Source: Cylindrospermopsis raciborskii Cr2010 (GTDB taxonomy: Bacteria > Cyanobacteriota > Cyanobacteriia > Cyanobacteriales > Nostocaceae). Taken from it: a DNA stretch of 32,000 nt. Where the stretch lies: NCBI RefSeq assembly GCF_003367075.2, contig NZ_CP065936.1:210001-242000 (forward strand), in the 5' to 3' direction. The notes beneath the pieces were generated by a model that ran no database searches, had not been told where the DNA came from, and was given only the letters and a program-made list of their open reading frames with translations. Position numbers and translations under genes: made by a program. Shown piece after piece: positions 18,069 to 27,400 of the stretch (within the stretch, counting starts at the first letter, position 1; every line of letters starts with the position of its first letter).

Positions 18069-20552
18069 CTAGGTCAAAATTGCCCCTTCCATTAAACGCT
18101 TATACCTGTACTGTAACTCATCCTTCATCAATGGCCAACGCTCTAAACTAACATCCATGTCAATCACCCTTTCCGCTGCTTGTCGCGCTAACAGCAATAC
18201 TTCCTCGTCTTCCACTAAACTAGCAAGAGTAAAATCTGCCACTCCAGATTGACGAGTTCCCATGACCTCTCCTGGACCGCGAAAGCGCATATCCATTTCA
18301 GAAATAAAAAACCCATCTTGTGACTGCTCTAAAACCTTCAATCGTTGTTGAGCATCCGGGTTTCTGGAACTACTCATTAAGAGACAATAGGACTGGGCCA
18401 CACCTCTACCCACACGTCCCCGCAGTTGGTGTAACTGGGACAGTCCAAATCTCTCCGCATGTTCAATTAACATCACAGTAGCATTAGGTACGTCTACCCC
18501 TACTTCTACCACAGTAGTAGAAACCAAAATTTGGGTTTGGTTATCTCGGAACTTATTAATAGCTTCTTCTTTTTCTGTGGAAGTCATTTTTCCATGCAAT
18601 AATCCCACTTGAAAAGTGGGGAAAACAGTTTCTTGTAATTTTTGATATTCATCTATAGCTGAACGTAAATCTAATTTTTCTGACTCTTCTACCAGGGGTA
18701 AAACTACATATACTTGTCTACCTTGGGCAATTTCTCTTCTAATTAAATCGTAAGCTTGTGGTCTTTGATGACCTGTGAGGAGAGAAGTTTTGATTTGTTG
18801 TCTTCCTGGTGGTAACTCATCAATTTGACTTACATCCAAATCTCCATGTACTGTTAATGCTAAAGTTCTAGGAATGGGTGTAGCAGTCATGGTTAGGACG
18901 TGAGGTTGTTCCCCTTTTTGTTGTAATTTAGCCCTTTGTTCTACGCCAAATCGGTGCTGTTCATCAATCACGACTAGACCTAAACGGTGAAATTTCACCT
19001 TGTCTTGAATTAAAGCATGGGTTCCCACCAGAAGAGGTAATTCTCCCGTTTCTAATTGGGAGTGAATTTCTCTTCTTTTGCTAGTTTTAGTAGAGCCAGT
19101 TAGTAATTCTACTGGTAAGTGCAAAAGATTAAACCAAGTTACTAATTTACGATAATGTTGTTCTGCTAATACTTCTGTAGGTGCCATTAAGGCTGCTTGA
19201 TAACCTGATTGAATGGCTGTTAAAATGGCAACTACAGCAACAACAGTTTTACCTGAACCTACATCGCCTTGTACCAAACGATTCATGGGTATGGGCTTTT
19301 GTAAGTCATTTAGGATATCATTAATCACTCTTTGTTGGGCGTTAGTAAATTTAAAAGGTAAAATTTCATGAAATTGATCCAATAATTTGCCACTAGGTGC
19401 AAGAATAGCACTAGCTTGGTTAGCTTTAGCTTGTTTTTGCCTTTGTAATAAACCTACTTGTAAGTAGAAAAATTCATCAAATACTAACCTTCTCCTAGCC
19501 ATTTTCAAGGTGTCACTATCTTGGGGAAAATGAATGTTAGGAATTGCCTGTTTTAATTCAATTAAGTTGTATTTTTTACGTAGACCAGGTGGTAAAGGAT
19601 CTTGCAAACTTTTGGCAGATGGCAAAACTGCCATTACTGCTTGTCTGACTGCGTTAGCAACCACACCCTCTGTTAAACTATAAATTGGTACAACCCTACC
19701 AATGGTGAAAGAGTCTATAGCATCACCGGAATTGGCTAACACTTCTATTTCTGGATTATCTAATGTTAGTCCATATCTACTAGGCTTGACTAAACCACAA
19801 GCTGCAACCAAAGTACCAGGCGTATAACGTCGCTTCAAACTTTCTTGCCAACCTTTGCTACTAAAGCGGGAACCAGCGTAAAATCTACTAACCTTTAATT
19901 GTCCAGTTTGGTCTTTTAATATCAGTTCTAAAATTGACAATTTCTGATTTTTAGGACTGGTAAAACAATTACAACGTCTGACCTCCCCAATGATGGTTAC
20001 GGTTTCACCTCCTTGTAATTCTCGAATATTTACCTGACGTGCATAATCAATATAATCCCGTGGGTAATAAAACAGCAGATCTCTCACAGTTAGCAATTCT
20101 AACCGATACAGATTTTCAGCTCTTTTGATGCCAATTTCGGGTAAATCACGAAGTTTTTGATCGATTTTTGGAGCTGGTTTCTGGTTAACTTCATTCACAA
20201 TGGGAGTGGTTTTCACCAATCTGGTGGTAGTTGGTTGATTTTCCCATGGAGATGATTCCATATCTGGTTGAGATTGTAATCGGTGTTGTAACTGACCCAG
20301 ATAGGTTCCTAAGTCTTTGACTAGTTTCTCTCGAATTTCTATGGCTAAATGGGGATATTGGATAAATTGGGAGGTTATATAATCCCAATGTAATTTCTCT
20401 TCCCCTGGTAAACCCTGTGGAAACTGGCTAAAGGTTAAACTAATAAATTCACTAAAGCGGTATTGTTTACCTACCAAATCCCCAAAACCGGAATCGGCTT
20501 CTATTGATAATGCCTTATATATTCTTATCCAGTCAGGTGTTTGATTAGTCAT
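18069..20552 (-). CDS. recG: ATP-dependent DNA helicase RecG
   Basis: It has an OB wedge region, helicase motif I GDVGSGKT, DEQHRFG, TATPIPRT and QLHQLRGRVGRG. ATG 20552 (MTNQTPDW...) is preferred to the TTG at 20561 used by the ORF track. Confidence 0.9.
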   Translation of the reverse strand: MTNQTPDWIRIYKALSIEADSGFGDLVGKQYRFSEFISLTFSQFPQGLPGEEKLHWDYITSQFIQYPHLAIEIREKLVKDLGTYLGQLQHRLQSQPDMESSPWENQPTTTRLVKTTPIVNEVNQKPAPKIDQKLRDLPEIGIKRAENLYRLELLTVRDLLFYYPRDYIDYARQVNIRELQGGETVTIIGEVRRCNCFTSPKNQKLSILELILKDQTGQLKVSRFYAGSRFSSKGWQESLKRRYTPGTLVAACGLVKPSRYGLTLDNPEIEVLANSGDAIDSFTIGRVVPIYSLTEGVVANAVRQAVMAVLPSAKSLQDPLPPGLRKKYNLIELKQAIPNIHFPQDSDTLKMARRRLVFDEFFYLQVGLLQRQKQAKANQASAILAPSGKLLDQFHEILPFKFTNAQQRVINDILNDLQKPIPMNRLVQGDVGSGKTVVAVVAILTAIQSGYQAALMAPTEVLAEQHYRKLVTWFNLLHLPVELLTGSTKTSKRREIHSQLETGELPLLVGTHALIQDKVKFHRLGLVVIDEQHRFGVEQRAKLQQKGEQPHVLTMTATPIPRTLALTVHGDLDVSQIDELPPGRQQIKTSLLTGHQRPQAYDLIRREIAQGRQVYVVLPLVEESEKLDLRSAIDEYQKLQETVFPTFQVGLLHGKMTSTEKEEAINKFRDNQTQILVSTTVVEVGVDVPNATVMLIEHAERFGLSQLHQLRGRVGRGVAQSYCLLMSSSRNPDAQQRLKVLEQSQDGFFISEMDMRFRGPGEVMGTRQSGVADFTLASLVEDEEVLLLARQAAERVIDMDVSLERWPLMKDELQYRYKRLMEGAILT

Positions 20553-20587
20553 AGTTATCAATTAGCTTAATTGATTCAATATCATCC

Positions 20588-21379
20588 TCAAATATCCTCA
20601 AACCAACTAGCACGCCAAGCGGATTCCGCTTGGGCTGTTTTTAATTCTTGATGTTTTTTATTATACTCCTTAGCTAAGTTGTTAATTTGCAGCAAAATAA
20701 CACGAATTTGCTTTCTCTTTTCTAATAGTTTCTGATCGGCAAATTCAACATCTCCCAATCGCAAATTGACGGTGACTAACTGGGTGAAGGTGGAATCTTC
20801 CGATTCTTTTTCATTAGTAATTTCTATGACCAAGTTTAACAAATTTGGTGGTCCTGCTATTACTTCTGTGGTTGCTTCTGAAGCTGCTGCTGCTAAAATC
20901 GGTTCTGGTAATTTCTTGGGTAAAAGTCCTGCTTTTTGCAGCAGCAGGTTAGCTTCTAAGGAAACTGTCTTTAGTGTGTTTTGTATCCCCTCTTCTACAT
21001 TGCGATGCCATTGTACCACTTCCATGGGATTAGAAAAATCTAAGGATTCTACCTGGGGAACCTGTGGATTTTCCGTATTTTCCATATTCTCTGGTTTGTT
21101 TATTTCTAAGTAACCCAGTAGTTGTTGGGCAGCTTTTCTTCCCAGTTGACGGGCACTTTGTTGTAGTTGTTGACGTTTGTTAAGGGATAGATGTAAGAAC
21201 TTCTCTGGATATCCGTGAGTACATAAATGGTAAACAGCTAAAATTAATTGTTTGTGTATGGATTCTCCTAATTGAACTAGATAATCACCATAATTTTTTT
21301 GCAGTTCTGTTGCTACAGAACTAAAGTTTTGTTTTAAGTTGTGGATGTCTTCTTCTATTCGCTCTACTGGTCTTGTCAT
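20588..21379 (-). CDS. Hypothetical protein, helical/coiled-coil-rich
   Basis: 263-aa ORF with an ATG start. It lies between tsf and recG on the same strand, with its stop 26-35 nt before the recG start. I recognise no catalytic motif. The antisense 115-aa ORF (20766-21113) is rejected as a shadow. Confidence 0.65.
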   Translation of the reverse strand: MTRPVERIEEDIHNLKQNFSSVATELQKNYGDYLVQLGESIHKQLILAVYHLCTHGYPEKFLHLSLNKRQQLQQSARQLGRKAAQQLLGYLEINKPENMENTENPQVPQVESLDFSNPMEVVQWHRNVEEGIQNTLKTVSLEANLLLQKAGLLPKKLPEPILAAAASEATTEVIAGPPNLLNLVIEITNEKESEDSTFTQLVTVNLRLGDVEFADQKLLEKRKQIRVILLQINNLAKEYNKKHQELKTAQAESAWRASWFEDI

Positions 21380-21410
21380 ACATATAATAAGTCATAATAA
21401 ATTTGAGCCA

Positions 21411-21432
21411 CCCCCCGGATCAATCCGGGAGG
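21411..21432 (-). terminator. GC-rich hairpin downstream of tsf (weak terminator or RNA-stabilising stem)
   Basis: On the minus strand the sequence is CCUCCCGGA-uuga-UCCGGGGGG (6 perfect bp, extendable to 9 with one mismatch), starting 25 nt after the tsf stop. No clear U-tract follows, so termination efficiency is doubtful. Confidence 0.3.
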
Positions 21433-21456
21433 TTTCAATCTATCCTAACAACCAAC

Positions 21457-22398
21457 TCACTTAGCGCCAATTTGAGCAGCTACTTCTTCCGCAAAGTTGC
21501 TTTCTTGCTTTTCAATGCCTTCACCTAAGATATAACGCACAAACTGATGTACTTTAATTGGCTCTGACACTTTTGATTCCACTTGCTTGATTAGTTCCGC
21601 CACGGAAATATTTTGATCCCGGATATAAGGCTGATCTAACAAGGTCATTTCTTTCAGACGTTTGTCAATTCTTCCTTGGACAATCTTTTCTTTAATGTTG
21701 GCTGGTTTATTGCCTAGATCTTCCTTACCCATTTCAATCTCTTTTTCCTTTTCGACAACCTGGTCAGGAATTTTATCCACACTTACATATTCAACATTGG
21801 GACAAGCTGCTACCTGCATGGCAGTATTCTTAGCCAGGCTTTGCAATTCTTCGTTTTTTGCAGCGGTTTCTGTGTCAACACCAATGGAAACTAACACACC
21901 TACTCTACCACCAGTGTGAATATATCCATCTATTGCTCCCGGTGCACCTTCCAAAGAAAAATTCACAAAACGACGCACCTGAATATTTTCACCCAAGGTA
22001 GCAATGGTTTCCTTTATATACTCATCTACCGTCACATCGGTCTTTTCAATGTACGGTTGGTCCAGCAAAGAGGCCACATTGTCAGCATTTACCGCCTGTT
22101 TAGCTAAATTCTTAACTAATAACTTAAAAGCGTCATTCCTAGCTACAAAATCTGTTTGGCAGTTAACTTCTATTATCACTCCCCCACTCTTATCCGGTGT
22201 AGTGTAGATGTCTACTAACCCTTCTGCAGTCACGCGATCGCTTTTCTTCCCTGCTGAAGCAATACCTTTTTTCCTTAGCCAATCTATAGCTTCGTCTATA
22301 TTGCCCTGAGTTTCATTTAGAGCTTTTTTACAGTCCATCATGCCTGCACCAGTTTTCTGGCGTAGATCTTGCACGAGTTTTGCTGATATTTCTGCCAT
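21457..22398 (-). CDS. tsf: Translation elongation factor Ts
   Basis: [27 protein letters not shown] (UBA-like N-terminus) and [11 protein letters not shown], in the classic position downstream of rpsB. Confidence 0.95.
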   Translation of the reverse strand: MAEISAKLVQDLRQKTGAGMMDCKKALNETQGNIDEAIDWLRKKGIASAGKKSDRVTAEGLVDIYTTPDKSGGVIIEVNCQTDFVARNDAFKLLVKNLAKQAVNADNVASLLDQPYIEKTDVTVDEYIKETIATLGENIQVRRFVNFSLEGAPGAIDGYIHTGGRVGVLVSIGVDTETAAKNEELQSLAKNTAMQVAACPNVEYVSVDKIPDQVVEKEKEIEMGKEDLGNKPANIKEKIVQGRIDKRLKEMTLLDQPYIRDQNISVAELIKQVESKVSEPIKVHQFVRYILGEGIEKQESNFAEEVAAQIGAK

Positions 22399-22489
22399 GT
22401 TTCCTCAATTTTGTTGCGATTGAATACTTAGTTAATTACGTTGTTAATTGTCACGACAAGAGTTACCAGGTTGATAAATTTTGGGATTA

Positions 22490-22516
22490 TGGGATCAAGT
22501 GATCTACCTGATCCCA
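22490..22516 (-). other. Intercistronic hairpin between rpsB and tsf
   Basis: TGGGATCA (22490-22497) pairs with TGATCCCA (22509-22516), 8 bp around an 11-nt loop, 15 nt after the rpsB stop. It is a structural observation only, and its function (attenuator or processing site) is unknown. Confidence 0.3.
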
Positions 22517-22531
22517 AACTCTCAATTTTTA

Positions 22532-23323
22532 TTATTCTTCATCATCGTCATCTGAGAAAGAGTCTACAAACTCCGATTCATCGTATTCGTAATCTTCCTC
22601 AGCACTTTCGTACTCTTCATAATCAGATTCTACTTCTAGTTGACCATGACGACCTTCATAAATGGCATCTGCCAATTTGCCTACAATCAGCTTAATAGAG
22701 CGAATAGCATCATCATTGGCTGGAATAGGAATATCTACGGTATCTGGATCACAATTGGTATCCAGCATGGAAACAATGGGAATACTCAGTTTTTGACATT
22801 CCTGAACAGCATTATACTCCCGTCGTTGGTCAACAATTATCACCACGTCGGGTACTTTTCGCATGTTCTTAATGCCACCCAGGTATTTTTGTAACTTAGA
22901 CATTTCTCGCCTCAGCATTGATGCTTCTTTCTTTGGCAATAAATCTAAGGCACCATTTTCTTCTCGTCGTTCTAAATCTTTTAGACGGTCTGCTCTGGTT
23001 TTAATCGTTGCCCAGTTGGTGAGCATTCCACCTAACCAACGCTGGTTAATATAGTGAGAACCACAACGGTTAGCTTCTTGGGCAATAATCCCTGCTGCTT
23101 GTCTTTTTGTGCCTACAAACAGGAACTTTTTTCCTTGCTCTGCTTGACTTCGCATATAATTGTATGCATCATCCATCAACTGTGCTGTTTGCACTAAGTC
23201 AATGATATGTACTCCATTGCGAGCAGTGTATATGTAGGGAGACATTTTGGGGTTCCAACGTCTGGTTTGATGACCAAAGTGAACTCCTGACTCCATCATT
23301 TGAGCCAAAGAAACTACGGGCAT
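22532..23323 (-). CDS. rpsB: 30S ribosomal protein S2 with an acidic C-terminal extension
   Basis: [27 protein letters not shown]..., GGMLTNW and a C-terminal D/E/Y-rich tail. The SD AGGAG sits 9 nt upstream of the ATG. Confidence 0.95.
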   Translation of the reverse strand: MPVVSLAQMMESGVHFGHQTRRWNPKMSPYIYTARNGVHIIDLVQTAQLMDDAYNYMRSQAEQGKKFLFVGTKRQAAGIIAQEANRCGSHYINQRWLGGMLTNWATIKTRADRLKDLERREENGALDLLPKKEASMLRREMSKLQKYLGGIKNMRKVPDVVIIVDQRREYNAVQECQKLSIPIVSMLDTNCDPDTVDIPIPANDDAIRSIKLIVGKLADAIYEGRHGQLEVESDYEEYESAEEDYEYDESEFVDSFSDDDDEE

Positions 23324-23337
23324 ATTTAATCACTCCT

Positions 23338-23398
23338 ATTCGGGTTAAACCTCCATCCAGGCGTATTTCTACAGCGGAAACACCCGAATCCCTGGATG
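23338..23398 (-). promoter_or_regulatory. Candidate structured rpsB 5' leader with two interleaved perfect 8-bp helices
   Basis: 23391-23398 (CCTGGATG) is complementary to 23354-23361 (CATCCAGG). 23382-23389 (ACCCGAAT) is complementary to 23338-23345 (ATTCGGGT). The order a-b-a'-b' on the transcript gives a pseudoknot topology, and the last strand abuts the SD at 23333-23337. Confidence 0.4.
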
Positions 23399-23588
23399 TG
23401 CGGAATTTAATGAACTAATCTAGGATAGCAGAATCTTGGCCAATTGTGCCACTCCTGGCGGGGAATTCCAACAATTTTCATTTTTAAAAATAGGATACCT
23501 AGAAGAATTCTTCCCACTTCCCAAAAATATGACGGAAATTATGATACTATCTTGAGCGGATAGTGTTTTTACATTAGGGCCTAATAAT

Positions 23589-24383
23589 GTGTGTGCAAAA
23601 TTCCTATTTGTCAGTGATCTAGACCATACCTTAGTAGGTAATGACCTAGCTATGGTAAAGCTTTTGGACGATTTACAACTCCATCGCAGTCAACATGGTA
23701 CAAAAATTGTCTACTCCACAGGGCGATCGCTTCACTTGTATCAAGAACTCCAAGAATCTCAAAAAAGGAAACAAAGGGAATTAATCAAACCGGACATTTT
23801 GGTTTGTGCAGTGGGTACAGAAATATACCACTGTAATAGTAAGGAGGAACTAGTTCTAGACCAGGAGTGGTCTAAGCATCTGTCTTATAATTGGGACAGG
23901 GAATTGGTAGCCACAACAGCAGCCAATTTTCCCAGCTTAAAACCCCAACCAGAAAGCGAACAGAGACCGTTTAAGGTCAGCTATTTTGTCCGAGAAGAAA
24001 AAGCTGTGCAAATTGCCTTAGAGTTAGAAAACTTGTTAGTCAAAGAAGCCAAAGTAGAAATTCAAATTATTTGTAGTCATAGTGACCATAAAGAATACAA
24101 TAGAAATCTAGACATTTTACCAAGTTCAGCAAACAAAGGTATGGCTATGACCTTTGTGCGAGAAAAGTTGGCAATAGATGTAGAAAAAACCGTTGCCTGT
24201 GGTGATTCTGGTAATGATATTGCCCTGTTTGATAACAGGCAAGAAAAAGGCATTATTGTTGGCAATGCCCAACGGGAATTACTAGATTGGCATCATAATA
24301 ATCCCAACCCCAACCGTTACTTGGCAAAAACTAATTTTGCCGATGGTATTGCTGAGGGTTTACGGTATTTTAGTCTGCTTTAG
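23589..24383 (+). CDS. spp: Sucrose-phosphate phosphatase (HAD superfamily, stand-alone SPP)
   Basis: FLFVSDLDHTLVG (HAD motif I), YSTGRS (motif II), EQRPFKVSYF and ACGDSGNDIALF...GIIVGNA (motif IV) match cyanobacterial SPP as I recall it. The apparent start is GTG, since no in-frame ATG is nearby. Confidence 0.8.
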   Translation: MCAKFLFVSDLDHTLVGNDLAMVKLLDDLQLHRSQHGTKIVYSTGRSLHLYQELQESQKRKQRELIKPDILVCAVGTEIYHCNSKEELVLDQEWSKHLSYNWDRELVATTAANFPSLKPQPESEQRPFKVSYFVREEKAVQIALELENLLVKEAKVEIQIICSHSDHKEYNRNLDILPSSANKGMAMTFVREKLAIDVEKTVACGDSGNDIALFDNRQEKGIIVGNAQRELLDWHHNNPNPNRYLAKTNFADGIAEGLRYFSLL

Positions 24384-24438
24384 TCCTTGTCAAATTTTGC
24401 AGCTCTACCCCAATAAATCCAATAACATCTAAACTAAT

Positions 24439-27400
24439 ATGACCGATCACAGATCTTCAACAAAAAACAAACAAGCCGATCTTCTTGAAACCTACCTAAA
24501 GTTGTCTCCTGCTTATCAGAACATCCTGCAAGTATTATCCATAATTTATGAAAAAATAGACAAAAGTTCTATTTTACCCTGTTTGGTTAGTGCTAGTTTA
24601 TCCGACGAGAGAAATGTTCCATGGAATACTAGATCTCTCAATCGCCAGATTGATAGCTTAGCACAGCAGGATCTCGTGGTGCAAGGACCCAAAGGTATTG
24701 TTGAATGCCATCCTCTGATTAAAGAAGGTGTGATTCGTCATGCCATAGAAACGGAAATTTTTGAAATATTGGTTACAGCTATAGAGGAGAAACTACCAAT
24801 TCGTAACGCCTATATAAAGGGTAGGAGAAATTTTACCAACTTGCACCAGTGTGTTAGAGAAATTCGTATTGGTATCTATCGTGGGGACACGGATTTTGTC
24901 TATAAACAAATTGATGACTATCATCATCTAAAAGGTGAATACGAATCTACAAAAAAACTGATTAGTTATGTATCAGAGGAAGTGTGCAACAATCCTTTTG
25001 ATCCCACGTGGTTTGTTAAGTTACCACCAGAACTATATGAGATCTTCATGACCAATATTCTGTTTAATTCAGTACTAAATTTATCTAATTGTCAAGAGGT
25101 TTTTTCTCTCTTAGAAGAGGAGTGTGAGAATTCGGGTAAACACTCCTCGAATCATACCTATTCAATACTAATAGAGCAATTTTTGCTCAGGGCTTGTACA
25201 GAAGAAGCAGAAGAAAGTTTAAAAGATATGACGGATATTTCCATTGGTCAGAAAAATGGTTTTTGGGGTTGGTTAAGTTTCCTGCAAGGAAAAAATGATC
25301 AAGCCATCCAATACTATTCCGATGGATTGGAAACTCAACGGAAAATGATTGGCAAACGCCAAGTATATTTCAATTCCATAACGGGATTATTCTTTATTCT
25401 AGCCCTGCTAAAGGAGGGTTCACCAAAATCTCTGAGCAAAGCAGAGGAGTATGCAAATCTACTGAGTCAGTCAAGTAATTTTCTGAGTTTAATTTATAAA
25501 AACCTAACCGTCGTACTGCAAGTTCATCAAGGCAATATCAATGCCAAAAAAACCTTACTCCAAGAAGCAAATTTTGCATCCCTGAAGGGAAAAAACAGTT
25601 TAGAGTTACTATTCTACTCACTATGTATCTACTGGCTAGATATTGAAGTTGCCAGAAAGCTTCTACCCAAGGTATTACAAAAATTATACAGCAGTGCTGT
25701 CTTTGCTGGTTATCACTGGTTAGCCATAGAAGCGGCAAATTTGTTAGCTCGAATTGACCCTAATAGTAATTACCAAATAAGAGCACAAACTCTACAGGAA
25801 TACACCAATATTCAAACCATAGTAGATATATTACAACCCCAGGAAGAATGGGAGATTCGCCTACAAGCTTTGGCTGGGATGCAAAAAGAATCCCAGACTA
25901 TCAACCAATCGGACACAGGAACCCGTTTAGTCTGGCTAGTAAAATTTGATTCTGGCAAATGTTCTTTACAACCCAAGGAACAGAAAAATAGTGTGAAGGG
26001 AGAATGGAGTAAAGGTCGTCAAATCGCCTTGAAACGGTTGAGTACAAACTTATCAGAGCTAAACTACATCACGCTCCAAGATGTAAAAGTCTGTAGCTGT
26101 ATTGAAGCCTCTAATTATAGAATTTCCTACAATAAACCTGAGTATCAGTTCAACGAAAGGGCAATTTTAGCTTTAATTGGACATCCCCTAGTATTTTGGG
26201 AAGATGCTCCTAATATTCGGGTAGAAATAGTAAAAGGAGAGATGGAATTTTTAGTAAAAAAAGATGATCAAGATCATTTAACCATAGAATTATCACCCAA
26301 AATAACAACTGACAATATTACTTGTATCAAGGAAACTCCCACCCGCATTAAAGTCATTGAAATTACACCCGAACATAGGCGCATGGGAGAGATTTTGGGT
26401 TATGAAAATAAGTTGACTGTTCCTAGAATGGCGGAGAAAAAGATTTTGGCAGCTATCAATGCTGTTTCTGGGATTGTCACTGTTCATTCTGATATTGGTG
26501 AGAATGTGGAGGGTATAGAAGAATTACCCGCTCAAACCCTACCATACGTTCATTTATTACCCACTAATACGGGTTTAAAGGTTAGCCTGCTATCACATCC
26601 CTTTACTGAAGGTGGACCATACTTTCATCCGGGTATTGGTGGAGAGAGGGTAATTGCTGAAATAGGTGGCAAACGTTTACAAACCAGACGTAATTTATCT
26701 CAAGAAAAGGAACTGTCCCAACATGTTATTCACAACTGTCCTACTTTAATAAGTGTTAACGAACAAGGGAGTGAATGGGTAATAGAAGACCCAGATAACT
26801 GTTTGGAACTGCTACTGGAATTACAAGCATTAAAGGATAAGATAGTTGTAGAATGGCCTCAAGGTGAAAAAATGCGTGTTAGCTATCATGCTGACTTGAA
26901 AGACTTTAACCTATCCATTGAACGCCAAAAAGATTGGTTTGCTGCAACTGGTGAATTGAAATTGAGCGAAGACCTAGTTTTGGATATGGAGCAACTGTTA
27001 CAATTACTTGAGAAAACCCCTGGTCGGTTTATTCCCATGGGTGATGGTGAATTTTTAGCGTTAAGTGAAGTATTTCGTAAACAACTAGACGAGCTACAAC
27101 TTTTTTCAGAAAAACATGGTAAGAAACTGATGTTTCATCCTCTAGCTGCATCTAACCTAGAAGAATTTGTGGATAATGTAGGTAATCTGAAAGCAGATAA
27201 ACATTGGAAACAGCATATCAGCCGTCTTAAAGAAGTGCAAAGCCTGCAACCAGAACTACCGTCAACATTTCAAGCAGAACTGCGAGACTATCAGATGGAA
27301 GGTTTTTGCTGGTTAGCACGATTAGCTCATTGGGGTGTGGGAGCTTGTTTGGCTGACCAAATGGGACTGGGCAAAACGGTACAAGCATTAGCTGTTATTA

